DNA of 64,000 nt from an uncultured virus (IMG/VR IMGVR_UViG_3300043568_001465) (IMGVR_UViG_3300043568_001465); one strand, 5' to 3'; positions 39,631 through 50,187 are shown, numbered from the stretch's first letter. Notes: generated by a model from the sequence alone, not told the origin. Numbers and translations are program-made.

Positions 39631-40305
39631 ATGGGTTTATATAGAGGACCAAAAATATTTACTGAAGGTTTAACATTTGCTTTAGACGCTGGAACCACAA
39701 GGTCATATCCTGGTACGGGGACATCTTGGACAGCTATTAGAGGTAATAGTGTTGGTACACTATATAATGGTGTTGGTTACACAACTGCCAAAGGTGGTGG
39801 TTTAACTTTTGATGGATCAAATGACTATGTTGAGTTAGATAGAAATGACATTTTATTAGGCACAAACCCATTTACATTTGAATGCTTTTATACTATAAAT
39901 GCAACTAATGGGGGTGGTGAAATATTTGGAACATATGGTTCAGGATATTCATCATCAAGTTATGTTTGGATATCTGGTGAATATGGATTTTATATTGGGG
40001 GTGCGGTTTATTTTCCCGGATACCCACTTGGTGCTGGAACATATTGCATGACAGTAACCAGAACAAGTTTTGGATACACAGTTTTGTATAAAAATGGCGT
40101 AGCTGTTAGTACCGGAACACTAACTGGAAGTTTAACTGCCGGACCAAATTATAGAATCGGTGCTGACACAACTAGTGCAGGTGGTGTTGGTGGTGAGAGA
40201 TTAAATGGGACTGTTTATTCAATAAAAGTATATGACCGAGATTTTACAGCGGATGAAGTTTTAAATAATTATAATGCACAAAAATCAAGATACGGATTAA
40301 CTTAA
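39631..40305 (+). CDS. LamG/ConA-like lectin domain virion protein
   Basis: GL.F.LDAG...SYPG.G..W, FDGSNDYV, LYKNG, VYDR..TA.EV..NYNA.K.RYGL. Confidence 0.8.
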   Translation: MGLYRGPKIFTEGLTFALDAGTTRSYPGTGTSWTAIRGNSVGTLYNGVGYTTAKGGGLTFDGSNDYVELDRNDILLGTNPFTFECFYTINATNGGGEIFGTYGSGYSSSSYVWISGEYGFYIGGAVYFPGYPLGAGTYCMTVTRTSFGYTVLYKNGVAVSTGTLTGSLTAGPNYRIGADTTSAGGVGGERLNGTVYSIKVYDRDFTADEVLNNYNAQKSRYGLT

Positions 40306-40315
40306 AATTAAAAAT

Positions 40316-40645
40316 ATGTTAGAAAATAGAAGATGGTTAGTAATACCAACAAGCACAACTGGTTCAATAAATTTTGACCAAGTAAAAGAGTCAAGTATCG
40401 ATAGTTTAAGGTTATCTGTCGATGGGTCTAAGACGTTTGTTAAATACGATGTGATGGTTGTTGAAACAACCACAACTGAAACTCAAATAAACGCAGAAAC
40501 TGGCGATGAAATGACAATTACAACTGAAGCTGGAATTTATGGTAGACCAGACATATACTCAGAAGAATATCCTGAGTATACTCATGAAGCAATTTTAGAA
40601 TTATTAAGCACAACTGAATGGACAACGCCAATAGAAAATAAATGA
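40316..40645 (+). CDS. small protein associated with LamG genes
   Basis: INF.QV.E.S..SLR.SVDG.KTFVKY...YTH..IL..L...EWT. Confidence 0.55.
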   Translation: MLENRRWLVIPTSTTGSINFDQVKESSIDSLRLSVDGSKTFVKYDVMVVETTTTETQINAETGDEMTITTEAGIYGRPDIYSEEYPEYTHEAILELLSTTEWTTPIENK

Positions 40646-41871
40646 GTGTAAACATACCAAACATAACAAGCGATGGATTAGTTTTTGGATATGACGCACA
40701 TCCTAGTAGTAGGTTTGCGCCAGGACCTCCATTGAGAAATGTTGCAGCATCAATATCATTTGGTTATGGTAATCAAAATAGTTCACTGTTTAAAAAACAA
40801 AATTCAATATACACGGCGGTAATCCCTAATGTTGGAACAAGAACAGTGTATGCTGTTGAAACATATAATGATTATAATGGTGGATCGGGCAACTGTTGTT
40901 TATCACTTTTTAATTTTGGTGGTGGCGTTAGTGTTTCATCAAGCACACCATACACTTATCAAATAATATACCGTACAAAAAACGATAATGTTGGTACGAA
41001 TTATATGTATCATTATGAATATGGTCCTAGTGGTTACTTAACAGAATATGGTTTACATAGTACAAGTACTAGGACAGCTTTAGGTGATGGATGGTGGCAC
41101 GCTTGGGGTCAATTCACATCTCACGCAAGTGCAACCTCATTTGGTTTATATCTTTTTCATTATGAATATGGTGTACATAATAAAGTTGAGGTTGCGGATG
41201 TTTCATTAACTGCTGGTAGTAGTATTTTAAAACCATCACAATTTCCAACAGTTGGAACAACACGTGCAAGTACTTCGTCGTTATTGGATTTAAAAGGTGC
41301 TACTGCAATTAGTACCGCTGACATTAGTTATAACTCAAATGGGCTACCATTTTTTGATGGGACAAATGATTGGATAAATTTAGATAGTTATGCAACAACG
41401 GTCCCGAATGGTAACATAACTGTGGAGGCGGTTGTTAAATTCACGGCAATGAATGCAAATAAAGTAGTTGTAGCACATGGTGGTAATGGTTCAAATGATA
41501 AAGGGTTTTTGTTCTTATATGAAAACTCAACTTATGGTTTAGCATTTGCAATCTACGACAATCCAAATTTTGGTTGGGCTAGAACCGGTATTGGTAGCCC
41601 TGCAACACAATACGTGAATCAATACATTCATATGGTTGGTACATATGATAATGAATATGTTAGATTGTATATTAATGGTACGTTAATCCAAACAGTACAA
41701 TTTACTGGTGGATTTGAAAGACAAAACACATTTAGGATTGGTAATGAAGTTAATAGAAGTTATTTTATGAGTGGCGAAATACCTGTTGTTAAATTGTATA
41801 ATAAAGCATTAACGGCAACAGAGATAAAAAATAATTATAATGGATATAAAGGTAGATATGGTTTAACATAA
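40642..41871 (+). CDS. LamG/ConA-like protein with inserted carbohydrate-binding-like domain
   Basis: GLVFGYD N-terminus, FDGTND, H.VGTYD...LYING, YNKALTA.EI. Confidence 0.75.
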   Translation: MSVNIPNITSDGLVFGYDAHPSSRFAPGPPLRNVAASISFGYGNQNSSLFKKQNSIYTAVIPNVGTRTVYAVETYNDYNGGSGNCCLSLFNFGGGVSVSSSTPYTYQIIYRTKNDNVGTNYMYHYEYGPSGYLTEYGLHSTSTRTALGDGWWHAWGQFTSHASATSFGLYLFHYEYGVHNKVEVADVSLTAGSSILKPSQFPTVGTTRASTSSLLDLKGATAISTADISYNSNGLPFFDGTNDWINLDSYATTVPNGNITVEAVVKFTAMNANKVVVAHGGNGSNDKGFLFLYENSTYGLAFAIYDNPNFGWARTGIGSPATQYVNQYIHMVGTYDNEYVRLYINGTLIQTVQFTGGFERQNTFRIGNEVNRSYFMSGEIPVVKLYNKALTATEIKNNYNGYKGRYGLT

Positions 41872-43400
41872 TGAATATAGGTCCAAGAAATATTACCAAC
41901 GGTTTAGTTTTCGGATATGATACTGGAGACGATAATAGATTTTATCCTGGTGAACCAACAACAAACTTATTGCCAAGTCCAGAACATAATGGTAGATTTT
42001 CAACAAGTAATGGTTGGGGTTCATATAATACAAACAAATATTGTGGTAACAATGGTTGTGCGGTACATTGGACAATCCCATCAATATCAAGCGTATCAAG
42101 TAATATTATAACAACATCAAGTGCCCATCAAATATTATCATTTGATGTTATTCAACCTAACGCAACTGGAGGCGGTGTAAATGCTGGACAAAATTATGTT
42201 GCTAAAAAAATAAGTGATACACAATTTTCATTACATGAATATAATGGTTCTCAAGATGGTTCACAAGGTTATATAAACCCAACGACTGGATTTTTTAAAG
42301 TACATGATGCATATGCTAATGATACTAGAATATCTGTAAGCGCTTCTGGATTTCCGACTGGGTGGTGGGGTGCGCCACATTTACCAAATTCAGGTTTAAT
42401 TAAAGAAGTAGTTACCGGTGGTGGCAGAATACCCGGAACAAATTGTATGAGATTACATGCTTATAGACCAGATGGTGTGACTGACGGTATGGCATATGGT
42501 GTGTATACTCCGGTAACCGCTGGACAAATAATAACATTATCATTTTGGCATAAAGCAGCGTCACCAACATCTGTTGGACAAAGTCATAGCTGGAGTACAT
42601 ATTTTTATGGATACTCAGCACCAAGTGCGGGTTTCACAACAGGAGAAAAATGGCAAAAACACCAAACTACTTGGACAGCATCACTTACCTGTAGTTTTTA
42701 TTTTTATATGTGGCCTTCGGCTTTATCAACATTTGATATCGCTGATTTACAAGTGGAGGTTAAAGACCACGCAACACCATTTACATTAACATCTAGATCT
42801 AATACAACAGCATTATTAGATATGACAGGGACATGTTCAATTGATGTTTCTAACGCGTCATTTAACATTTCTGGTAGACCTTACTTTGATGGTACAAATG
42901 ATAGTATAATAGTAACAAACAATGCGGTGCTAAAAAATAATGTAACATCCATTGAGTTTATTGTCAAATACAACGGTGCACCTAATGGTGATATTATTCA
43001 AATGGGTGTCGGTAGTGGTTCATATGCACAATATTACTATAGAGCGTATAGTGGTAATTCATATTGGAATTTTTTCCCAACAGGAACATCAGCTTATGGT
43101 AGTATAACAATACCAAATTCAGCATTCACGATTGGACAATATTATCATGTTGTTTTAGTTGGTAGGTCTGATAGTTCGGTTTCGTTTTATATTAATACGG
43201 TTGCGCAATCTGGCGCGGCGGTAAGTGCAACAAGTGCCGTTGGTTCTTGGACCCCAGCAAATCTAACAATTGGCGGTTTTACTTGGGATGGTTATTCAAA
43301 TTCAGAAATACCTGTTGTTAAAATTTATAATAGGGAACTATCAGCGGCTGAAATTAAACAACACTATTACTCATACAAAACCAGATTTGGTTTAAGTTAA
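41871..43400 (+). CDS. LamG/ConA-like protein with inserted domains
   Basis: GLVFGYD..., GEPTTNL, Q.E.K.HATPF, FDGTND, YNRELSA.EI...K.RFGL. Confidence 0.75.
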   Translation: MNIGPRNITNGLVFGYDTGDDNRFYPGEPTTNLLPSPEHNGRFSTSNGWGSYNTNKYCGNNGCAVHWTIPSISSVSSNIITTSSAHQILSFDVIQPNATGGGVNAGQNYVAKKISDTQFSLHEYNGSQDGSQGYINPTTGFFKVHDAYANDTRISVSASGFPTGWWGAPHLPNSGLIKEVVTGGGRIPGTNCMRLHAYRPDGVTDGMAYGVYTPVTAGQIITLSFWHKAASPTSVGQSHSWSTYFYGYSAPSAGFTTGEKWQKHQTTWTASLTCSFYFYMWPSALSTFDIADLQVEVKDHATPFTLTSRSNTTALLDMTGTCSIDVSNASFNISGRPYFDGTNDSIIVTNNAVLKNNVTSIEFIVKYNGAPNGDIIQMGVGSGSYAQYYYRAYSGNSYWNFFPTGTSAYGSITIPNSAFTIGQYYHVVLVGRSDSSVSFYINTVAQSGAAVSATSAVGSWTPANLTIGGFTWDGYSNSEIPVVKIYNRELSAAEIKQHYYSYKTRFGLS

Positions 43401-43435
43401 TTTTTATTTTTAAATAATTTTCATTATATTGTCGA

Positions 43436-44176
43436 ATGGACAATATTGGCTTTGGAATATTCTGCTTTGGCGAAAATTATTATTATAAGGGAACTATTGA
43501 GAAGATGGATAAGATTCTTGATAGCGGGTATTCTTGTTATATTTTAACAGATACCCCCGATTATTTCACCGAGAGAGAAAATTTAACAATATTGACCTAT
43601 CATAGAGAATTTAAATCTTATTATGATAAGATGTTGTTACCCAAGACAATACTAAAAGAAAAAGACATCTGCATCTTACTTGATGCCGACATATATGTTA
43701 AAGATTATTCATTTTTAGAGGAATTAAAAACGTATAATTTTTTACCGGGGATTACCTATGCTGAAACATTAGAAAGACACCCTGGAAAGAAGAAAACGGT
43801 TAACGATATTGGAATGACAGATAGGGAATGGACATCATATAAATTATATGCTGAAAAGATTAGTCCAAACTTTAAAAGTTTTAATACAATATGGGAATAC
43901 ATATTGATAATCAACAAGATAGGATTTCAACAAAAAAGATTTTATAAAGTTTACGAGAAACTGCAAATAGCAAAAGAGTTCTCTGACTTGGAATTAAACA
44001 AAGAAGTTAACGGTGCCGGCGAAGGTGTTTCAATATCAATCGCCGCACAATTATCTAGTAGTGACATTCAATTAGACCCTAAGTTATTTGAAATTGTAAA
44101 AGATAAAATGGTTAGTGTTTCTAGAAGATTTACAAATCCAGAATATTTGCCCGACTTTATGAAAGATGATATCTAA
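43436..44176 (+). CDS. putative GT-A fold glycosyltransferase
   Basis: YILTD.P.YF, CILLDADI (DxD) motif; first gene of the glyco island. Confidence 0.45.
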   Translation: MDNIGFGIFCFGENYYYKGTIEKMDKILDSGYSCYILTDTPDYFTERENLTILTYHREFKSYYDKMLLPKTILKEKDICILLDADIYVKDYSFLEELKTYNFLPGITYAETLERHPGKKKTVNDIGMTDREWTSYKLYAEKISPNFKSFNTIWEYILIINKIGFQQKRFYKVYEKLQIAKEFSDLELNKEVNGAGEGVSISIAAQLSSSDIQLDPKLFEIVKDKMVSVSRRFTNPEYLPDFMKDDI

Positions 44177-44894
44177 TTCCGACTATATTAAACAATATAT
44201 CACTAACAATGATGATACCGCGGTACCTTATCGTTGGACTCATGGTGCCACTGATTTACATTTAGGTGACGGTATTGTCGTTTACTCATTAATACAGCAT
44301 ATGAGGGCTAAGAATTGCGTCTGTATTGGTTCTGGTGGTGGGTTTATACCTAGAATAATCACACAAGCCAGACATGACTTACATAAAGAAGGTATTTTTG
44401 AGGGTGATGATAATTTAAGTTGGGGTGATATTGGGGTTACTTACGTTGTTGATGCGTGTAACGGTATTGGCGGACCCAATGACCTAGAAAATGAAGAATC
44501 TTTTTATAGAAAACACTTTCACCCACGATTTATTAAGGACACATCTGAAAACGCCTTTTATAATTTTTTTATTCTTCAGGATATCAAAATAGATTTTTTG
44601 TTTATTGATGGTGACCATTCATATGAAGGTGTAAAAAAAGATTTCGACCTTTATTCCACAATATTATCTGAAAAAGGTGTGATAGTTATTCACGACACTG
44701 ATGAAAAATACGAAGAATCGTTAATAATTTCAGAAGACGCAAAAAAAGACCATTTCCCCTTTGATGGTCCAGCTAAATTAGTTAAAGAATTACAAAATAA
44801 TTCCGCCTGGAACTTGATTAATCTACATAATTTTCGTATATTACCTACAAAACCGGCATCAACTGGGATTACAATTATTAACAGAAAATTATGA
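44166..44894 (+). CDS. class I SAM methyltransferase (Methyltransf_24-like)
   Basis: CIGSGGG, FLFIDGDHSYEGVKKDF, G.IVIHD. Confidence 0.8.
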   Translation: MISNSDYIKQYITNNDDTAVPYRWTHGATDLHLGDGIVVYSLIQHMRAKNCVCIGSGGGFIPRIITQARHDLHKEGIFEGDDNLSWGDIGVTYVVDACNGIGGPNDLENEESFYRKHFHPRFIKDTSENAFYNFFILQDIKIDFLFIDGDHSYEGVKKDFDLYSTILSEKGVIVIHDTDEKYEESLIISEDAKKDHFPFDGPAKLVKELQNNSAWNLINLHNFRILPTKPASTGITIINRKL

Positions 44895-45742
44895 TTCGAT
44901 TAGTTACAGTTATTGGGCATGGAGTCAAACTGCTACCGCATTTCATTAAACATTATCAAAAACATGTTGATGAAATTAATATTGTTGTATATGAAACAGA
45001 AAACAATAGATTAATTGGTAATGAAGTTAAAGAAATTATTGATGGCTACGAAAAGGTTAATATCGTTAAAGTTGTCAAGGATCGTGTTTTTGATTGGGAA
45101 AAGGTCACCTATCTATACAATAAAACAAAAAACAAACATCCAAATGATTGGTGGGTTATTGCCGATATAGATGAGTTTCATTTATATCCAAACGATGATT
45201 TAAAGATGTTAATAACAAATTGTAACAAATATGGTTGGGATTTAGTCAGAGGTGGTTTTATAGATAGAATTGGTCCTGATGGTGAGTTTGTTGAATTGAA
45301 AGATGATGAATTCATATGGGAACAATATCCAAACGCAGGGTTTTTTAGATATCCAATGAGTAATGCTAATCCTAATAAGATTTGTGTTATGAAAGGGTAT
45401 GTTGAATTAACAAGCGGGCAACACTACGCCAAGTTAGATGGTTTCACAACATGGAAGTGGCAAGGATGGAATCATCCACTAATATATGATTCTGGTGAAG
45501 TACAAGTCCATCATTTTAAATGGGATAAAACATCTATTGATAGAATTAAGGATGTTGCAAATGTTAAGCAAGCATATGCTTACTCTGACGAATATCAAGT
45601 GATGTATGATAAACTAAGAAAGAGTAAATTTAAGATAGATTTAAATAAATCAGAATTTATGTTTGAATTGGGGGTTAAAACACCAGAATATAAAACATAT
45701 AGAAACTGGAATAAACTAATAAAAAAAATAAAAACAATATGA
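44891..45742 (+). CDS. GT2-like glycosyltransferase
   Basis: LPHFIKHY...VD, WWVIADIDEF, G.H, VHHFKW. Confidence 0.7.
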   Translation: MIRLVTVIGHGVKLLPHFIKHYQKHVDEINIVVYETENNRLIGNEVKEIIDGYEKVNIVKVVKDRVFDWEKVTYLYNKTKNKHPNDWWVIADIDEFHLYPNDDLKMLITNCNKYGWDLVRGGFIDRIGPDGEFVELKDDEFIWEQYPNAGFFRYPMSNANPNKICVMKGYVELTSGQHYAKLDGFTTWKWQGWNHPLIYDSGEVQVHHFKWDKTSIDRIKDVANVKQAYAYSDEYQVMYDKLRKSKFKIDLNKSEFMFELGVKTPEYKTYRNWNKLIKKIKTI

Positions 45743-45954
45743 GCAAAGAAGTAACACTTAAAGACGAAAAACTTGAGGCACAACTTTTAGAACAAAGAAA
45801 AGTTAAATCCTTAGAAAAAATTGCAGCGTCATTAGACGCATTAGCCATTTGGTTTGAAGAAATAGATAAGGAAGAATGGAGTGATAGAATACAATATTAT
45901 TTATCTGAATTCCATGGCGTGGTAAAACCAGAAGACCCAACAATAAATGGTTAA
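45739..45954 (+). CDS. hypothetical protein
   Basis: 71 aa, ATGA-coupled. Confidence 0.55.
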   Translation: MSKEVTLKDEKLEAQLLEQRKVKSLEKIAASLDALAIWFEEIDKEEWSDRIQYYLSEFHGVVKPEDPTING

Positions 45955-47338
45955 AAAATTAGGTATTATAGTTCCATACCGAAATCGGTATGAGCATTTA
46001 GAAGTGTTTAAAGAAAAAATACCCGCGTATTTTAAAAAATTAGACATCCCTTATGAAATTATAGTTGTTAATCAGGATAACGCTAAACTTTTTAATCGTG
46101 GTATGCTTTTAAACATTGGATTTAAACGAGCAGAAAAATTAAAATGTGATTATGTAGTTTTTCATGATGTTGATATGATACCGTTAAACGTTGATTATAC
46201 TTACTCCAATGTCCCATTACATTTAGCAAGTAATTTTATAAAACCAAAAGAAACGTTTGATTCTTATTTTGGTGGCGTAACATTATTTCCAATGGATTTA
46301 TTTAAAAAAGTTAATGGTTATTCAAACAAATATTGGGGATGGGGCTACGAAGACACTGATTTACTTTTACGCTGTGTTAAAAAGAATATTTCATTAAACG
46401 AAGTTAAACTAATTAATCAAACACCTAAAACTAAGGCATTAAAATTTAATGGTATTAATTCATACGTAAAAAGTAAAAACAACATTAATTTAAATAAAAA
46501 CCAAACAATTTTTATTTCATTTTACCCTAATAAAACAACATTTGACCACACAAAACCTGTTGATGATTACAATGCATTCACAATTCCAGGTTACGACACA
46601 GCTTTTAGTTATAATTCTTTTCAAAGGTACAATTTTTGTACATTTGATTATAAGAATAATGCATTATATGCTAATTCAAAAATAAAGACGGAGTATAAAA
46701 CAAATATGTGTGTGACGATTGATTTTTATTCAAACGAAATATTGGTATATCAAGACGGTATTTTGGTCGATAAAATTAAAGGGTTAAGGAAGTTAATGAA
46801 TTATAAAAAAGAACCATTTTTTTATTTAGGTGTAGGTGATCCGGAAAGATTGGATAATGCTAAATTTTTTAAAGGTTATATTGATTCATTTGCGATAATA
46901 CCTGAGATATTAAATGAAAAGGAAATATTTGATTTATCACAAAATCCAAGTTATGTTTTGAACAAAGTTCAAGAATCTTTGGACATATATTATGATGCTA
47001 ATTTTATTGAAGGGTATAAATTAGTTGATTTATCAGGTAATGATAATCTTGGTGAAATTGTTAATTGTGAAATTGTTGACTTAGAAGTCGACGAACATAA
47101 ATCACTTAAAATTCCACACAGAAGAGATTGCACATTTTATTTACTAGAACATGAAGAAAATGGATTCCAAGACAATAGATGGAAAACCGATGCCACAAGA
47201 TGGAATCAATTAAGATACCACAATGAAGTATCAATGAATGATGAACTATTAGAAAATGATGGATTATCTGACTTAGAATATATAGAACACGGCATAGAAG
47301 TCGTAGATAACATAACACAAATTAACGTTGGAATATGA
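45947..47338 (+). CDS. GT7 (beta-1,4-galactosyltransferase-like) with inserted LamG-like domain
   Basis: PYRNR..HL, FNRG.LLN.G, FHDVD, YFGGV, NGYSN.YWGWG.ED.DL..R; insert; then H...N..R...DGLSDLEY. Confidence 0.8.
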   Translation: MVKKLGIIVPYRNRYEHLEVFKEKIPAYFKKLDIPYEIIVVNQDNAKLFNRGMLLNIGFKRAEKLKCDYVVFHDVDMIPLNVDYTYSNVPLHLASNFIKPKETFDSYFGGVTLFPMDLFKKVNGYSNKYWGWGYEDTDLLLRCVKKNISLNEVKLINQTPKTKALKFNGINSYVKSKNNINLNKNQTIFISFYPNKTTFDHTKPVDDYNAFTIPGYDTAFSYNSFQRYNFCTFDYKNNALYANSKIKTEYKTNMCVTIDFYSNEILVYQDGILVDKIKGLRKLMNYKKEPFFYLGVGDPERLDNAKFFKGYIDSFAIIPEILNEKEIFDLSQNPSYVLNKVQESLDIYYDANFIEGYKLVDLSGNDNLGEIVNCEIVDLEVDEHKSLKIPHRRDCTFYLLEHEENGFQDNRWKTDATRWNQLRYHNEVSMNDELLENDGLSDLEYIEHGIEVVDNITQINVGI

Positions 47339-48765
47339 ATCATAAATTAGGTATTTGTGTACCATATAGAGATAGAAAAGAACACCTTGATAGATTAATC
47401 CCACATTTATCTAAACATTTAGATTCCCAAGGAATTGATTATAAATTTTATGTTGCACATCAAGTAGATGATAAACTTTTTAACAGAGGTGCAATGAAAA
47501 ATATTGCAGCTAAACACGCATTAGAAGATGGTTGTGATTATATTGCTTGGCACGACGTGGATATGTTGACGTTTGAAGATAGTGATTATTCATATCCAGA
47601 AGAAACTCCGATTCATATTGCAACTATGCTGTCAAAATACAATTATGGTATAAACTATGATCAATACTTTGGCGGAGTAGTGTTGTTTAATAAAGAACAT
47701 TTAGAAAAAACAAATGGGTACTCAAACGACTATTGGGATTGGGGTATGGAAGACGATGATTTGTTTTGGAGATGTTATTATGAAAATTATACAACAGGAA
47801 AAATAAAACGTTCATATACCAATAAACAATACGCGGAATTTAATGGCGTTACATCTAAAATAGAAATACCAAGTACTAGGGAATTAGTTAATTTATTACA
47901 TAATGACCACACAATTTCTATTTTATTTAATGCGGAACAACAACAAGAAAAGGTTCCAATTTGGATGATTGGTGATGAACAAAAGCGCTTCATTGAATAC
48001 CCCATATTTAGAAAAACCGGAGGGTATAATTACGGTTTATCTTTTAATAATTCTAGGGCAGTTACAATGTGTTTGTTTAACGAAAGGAGACAAACAATCT
48101 ACAATTGGCTGAAAAGATTTGAAAACATGTGGACGTGGGTTACACTGACATATAATAAAGAAGAGGAACGAATATTCTTTTATCTAAATGATGAATTTGG
48201 TAGGAATATGAATGGAATCAAAGAAGACGCTTATTTCCCAGCGTTTGGTAAACTTCTTAGGTACAATACAACAACCCCATTTTATTTAGGGCATGATTCA
48301 GACATGAACACATTCTTTAAGGGTAAAATAGCCGAAATTAAGATATATGACAAGTTTTTTCCACACGTTGATATCGGTCAAGTGTTTGATACTGAGAAAG
48401 ATGGATTAATTTTACACCACGATTTCTCAAATAGAGAAAATAATATTATATTTGATAATGTGGATGCTCACGAATGCATTGGAATCGATATTGTTTATGG
48501 TTCAGAGGATGTTGATGTGATTGAAAACGTAGTGCCATTTAGACGAGAGGGTAAATTTTATTGTTTACCACACGTAGATGAGGGGTTTGTTGCTGGAAGG
48601 TGGGCTAAGGGTGAAACCACAGCTAAAAACGAAAAAAGATTTGTTACAGAAATGCAACAGAAAAAAATAAATTACAAAGACGATGGGTTGTCAACATTAA
48701 AATATGAATTGGTTAGCGTTGAAAACTATAGTGACAAATGTGTAATGATAAACACAAAATTATAA
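47335..48765 (+). CDS. second GT7 with inserted LamG-like domain
   Basis: PYRDR..HL, FNRG..KN, WHDVD, YFGGV, NGYSN.YW.WG.EDDDL..R; insert; then H...N..RF...DGLSTLKY. Confidence 0.8.
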   Translation: MNHKLGICVPYRDRKEHLDRLIPHLSKHLDSQGIDYKFYVAHQVDDKLFNRGAMKNIAAKHALEDGCDYIAWHDVDMLTFEDSDYSYPEETPIHIATMLSKYNYGINYDQYFGGVVLFNKEHLEKTNGYSNDYWDWGMEDDDLFWRCYYENYTTGKIKRSYTNKQYAEFNGVTSKIEIPSTRELVNLLHNDHTISILFNAEQQQEKVPIWMIGDEQKRFIEYPIFRKTGGYNYGLSFNNSRAVTMCLFNERRQTIYNWLKRFENMWTWVTLTYNKEEERIFFYLNDEFGRNMNGIKEDAYFPAFGKLLRYNTTTPFYLGHDSDMNTFFKGKIAEIKIYDKFFPHVDIGQVFDTEKDGLILHHDFSNRENNIIFDNVDAHECIGIDIVYGSEDVDVIENVVPFRREGKFYCLPHVDEGFVAGRWAKGETTAKNEKRFVTEMQQKKINYKDDGLSTLKYELVSVENYSDKCVMINTKL

Positions 48766-48766
48766 A

Positions 48767-50182
48767 ATGGCGAAGAAAAAAATCAATAAGGGTGAGAATC
48801 CTTTATATGTTGAAACAAAAGACAAACTAGACAAAATAGGTCCGGGCATGTGTTTGGCAAAATGGACACAAGTTACGATACATTTACAAAATGGTCATAA
48901 CCACTCTTGCCATCACCCTACGACTCATAAAATATCTGATAAGGAAATTATAAGAAACCCATCAGCTCTACATAATACTCGATATAAGAAAGAGAAAAGA
49001 AGAGAAATGTTGGATGGTAAAAGACCTGAAGAATGTGATTATTGCTGGAGCGTAGAAGATAACTCTGATAGATTCTCTGATCGTGTTTTCAAGTCAAGTG
49101 AGAAATGGTCTTTACCACACTATGATGCAATTGCAAATTCTGACTGGAGAGATGACATCAACCCAAAGTATGTTGAGGTAGCATTTTCCAATGCGTGCAA
49201 CTTTAAATGTTCATATTGCGCACCACAGTTCTCGTCACAATGGACGGCTGAAATTGAAAAATTTGGTGGTTACAAAACAAGCACAAAGTTTAATGACCCA
49301 GAGCACATGTTAAGGGAAAACACCAAGCCGTTCTTACATACGGATAGTAATCCATACGTTGATGCTTTTTGGAAATGGTGGCCGGATTTATATCGTGACT
49401 TATATACGTTTAGAATCACTGGAGGAGAACCGCTATTATCAAAAGATACTTGGGGTGTTTTAGATTATATCATAGAACAAAAAGAACCAAATAGAGAATT
49501 GAATTTAGCTATTAATTCAAATCTAGGTGTGCCAGATAAATTGATAGATGAATTTATTGAAAAAATATCAAGAATTACCGAAGAAAATCGTGTAAAAGAA
49601 TTTGTTATTTTCACATCATGCGATGCCTGGGGAGAACAAGCTGAGTACATTAGAAATGGTTTAGTGTTTAACAGGTTTTGGGATAATGTAAACAAAATAC
49701 TTACTAAATGTCCTAGAGTAACTCTAACATTTATGGTGACATATAATGCGTTATCTGTGTTCTCATTTAATAAGTTAATTAAAGGGGTCTATGATTTAAA
49801 AAACCAATATGGTTCCAATCAAAGATATTGGGATTCAGCGGTTTTCTTGGACACATCATACCTAAGATACCCATTCCATCAAGCAGTTCAAGTGTTGCCA
49901 TATCAATTTTCTAATAATGTTTTAGAACAAGCAATTAATGCTGAGTTCTTAGGTACATTGGAATTTACAAATGACTATATTGGTTACACCGATATTGAAA
50001 TTCAAAAATTAAAAAGGACATATGATTGGATGATATCACCACAAGATGCTAATAAACAAATGGCAAATAGAAAAGATTTTCACACGTTTTTTACTGAACA
50101 TGATAGAAGACGTGGGACCGATTTCCTTAAAACCTTTCCAGAACTAGAAGAGTTCTATAACTTTTGTGGAACCATAAAATAA
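48767..50182 (+). CDS. radical SAM protein with N-terminal twitch/SPASM-like Cys cluster
   Basis: CNFKCSYC, TGGEPLL; upstream C...SCH...CDYCW. Confidence 0.85.
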   Translation: MAKKKINKGENPLYVETKDKLDKIGPGMCLAKWTQVTIHLQNGHNHSCHHPTTHKISDKEIIRNPSALHNTRYKKEKRREMLDGKRPEECDYCWSVEDNSDRFSDRVFKSSEKWSLPHYDAIANSDWRDDINPKYVEVAFSNACNFKCSYCAPQFSSQWTAEIEKFGGYKTSTKFNDPEHMLRENTKPFLHTDSNPYVDAFWKWWPDLYRDLYTFRITGGEPLLSKDTWGVLDYIIEQKEPNRELNLAINSNLGVPDKLIDEFIEKISRITEENRVKEFVIFTSCDAWGEQAEYIRNGLVFNRFWDNVNKILTKCPRVTLTFMVTYNALSVFSFNKLIKGVYDLKNQYGSNQRYWDSAVFLDTSYLRYPFHQAVQVLPYQFSNNVLEQAINAEFLGTLEFTNDYIGYTDIEIQKLKRTYDWMISPQDANKQMANRKDFHTFFTEHDRRRGTDFLKTFPELEEFYNFCGTIK

Positions 50183-50187
50183 TAACT

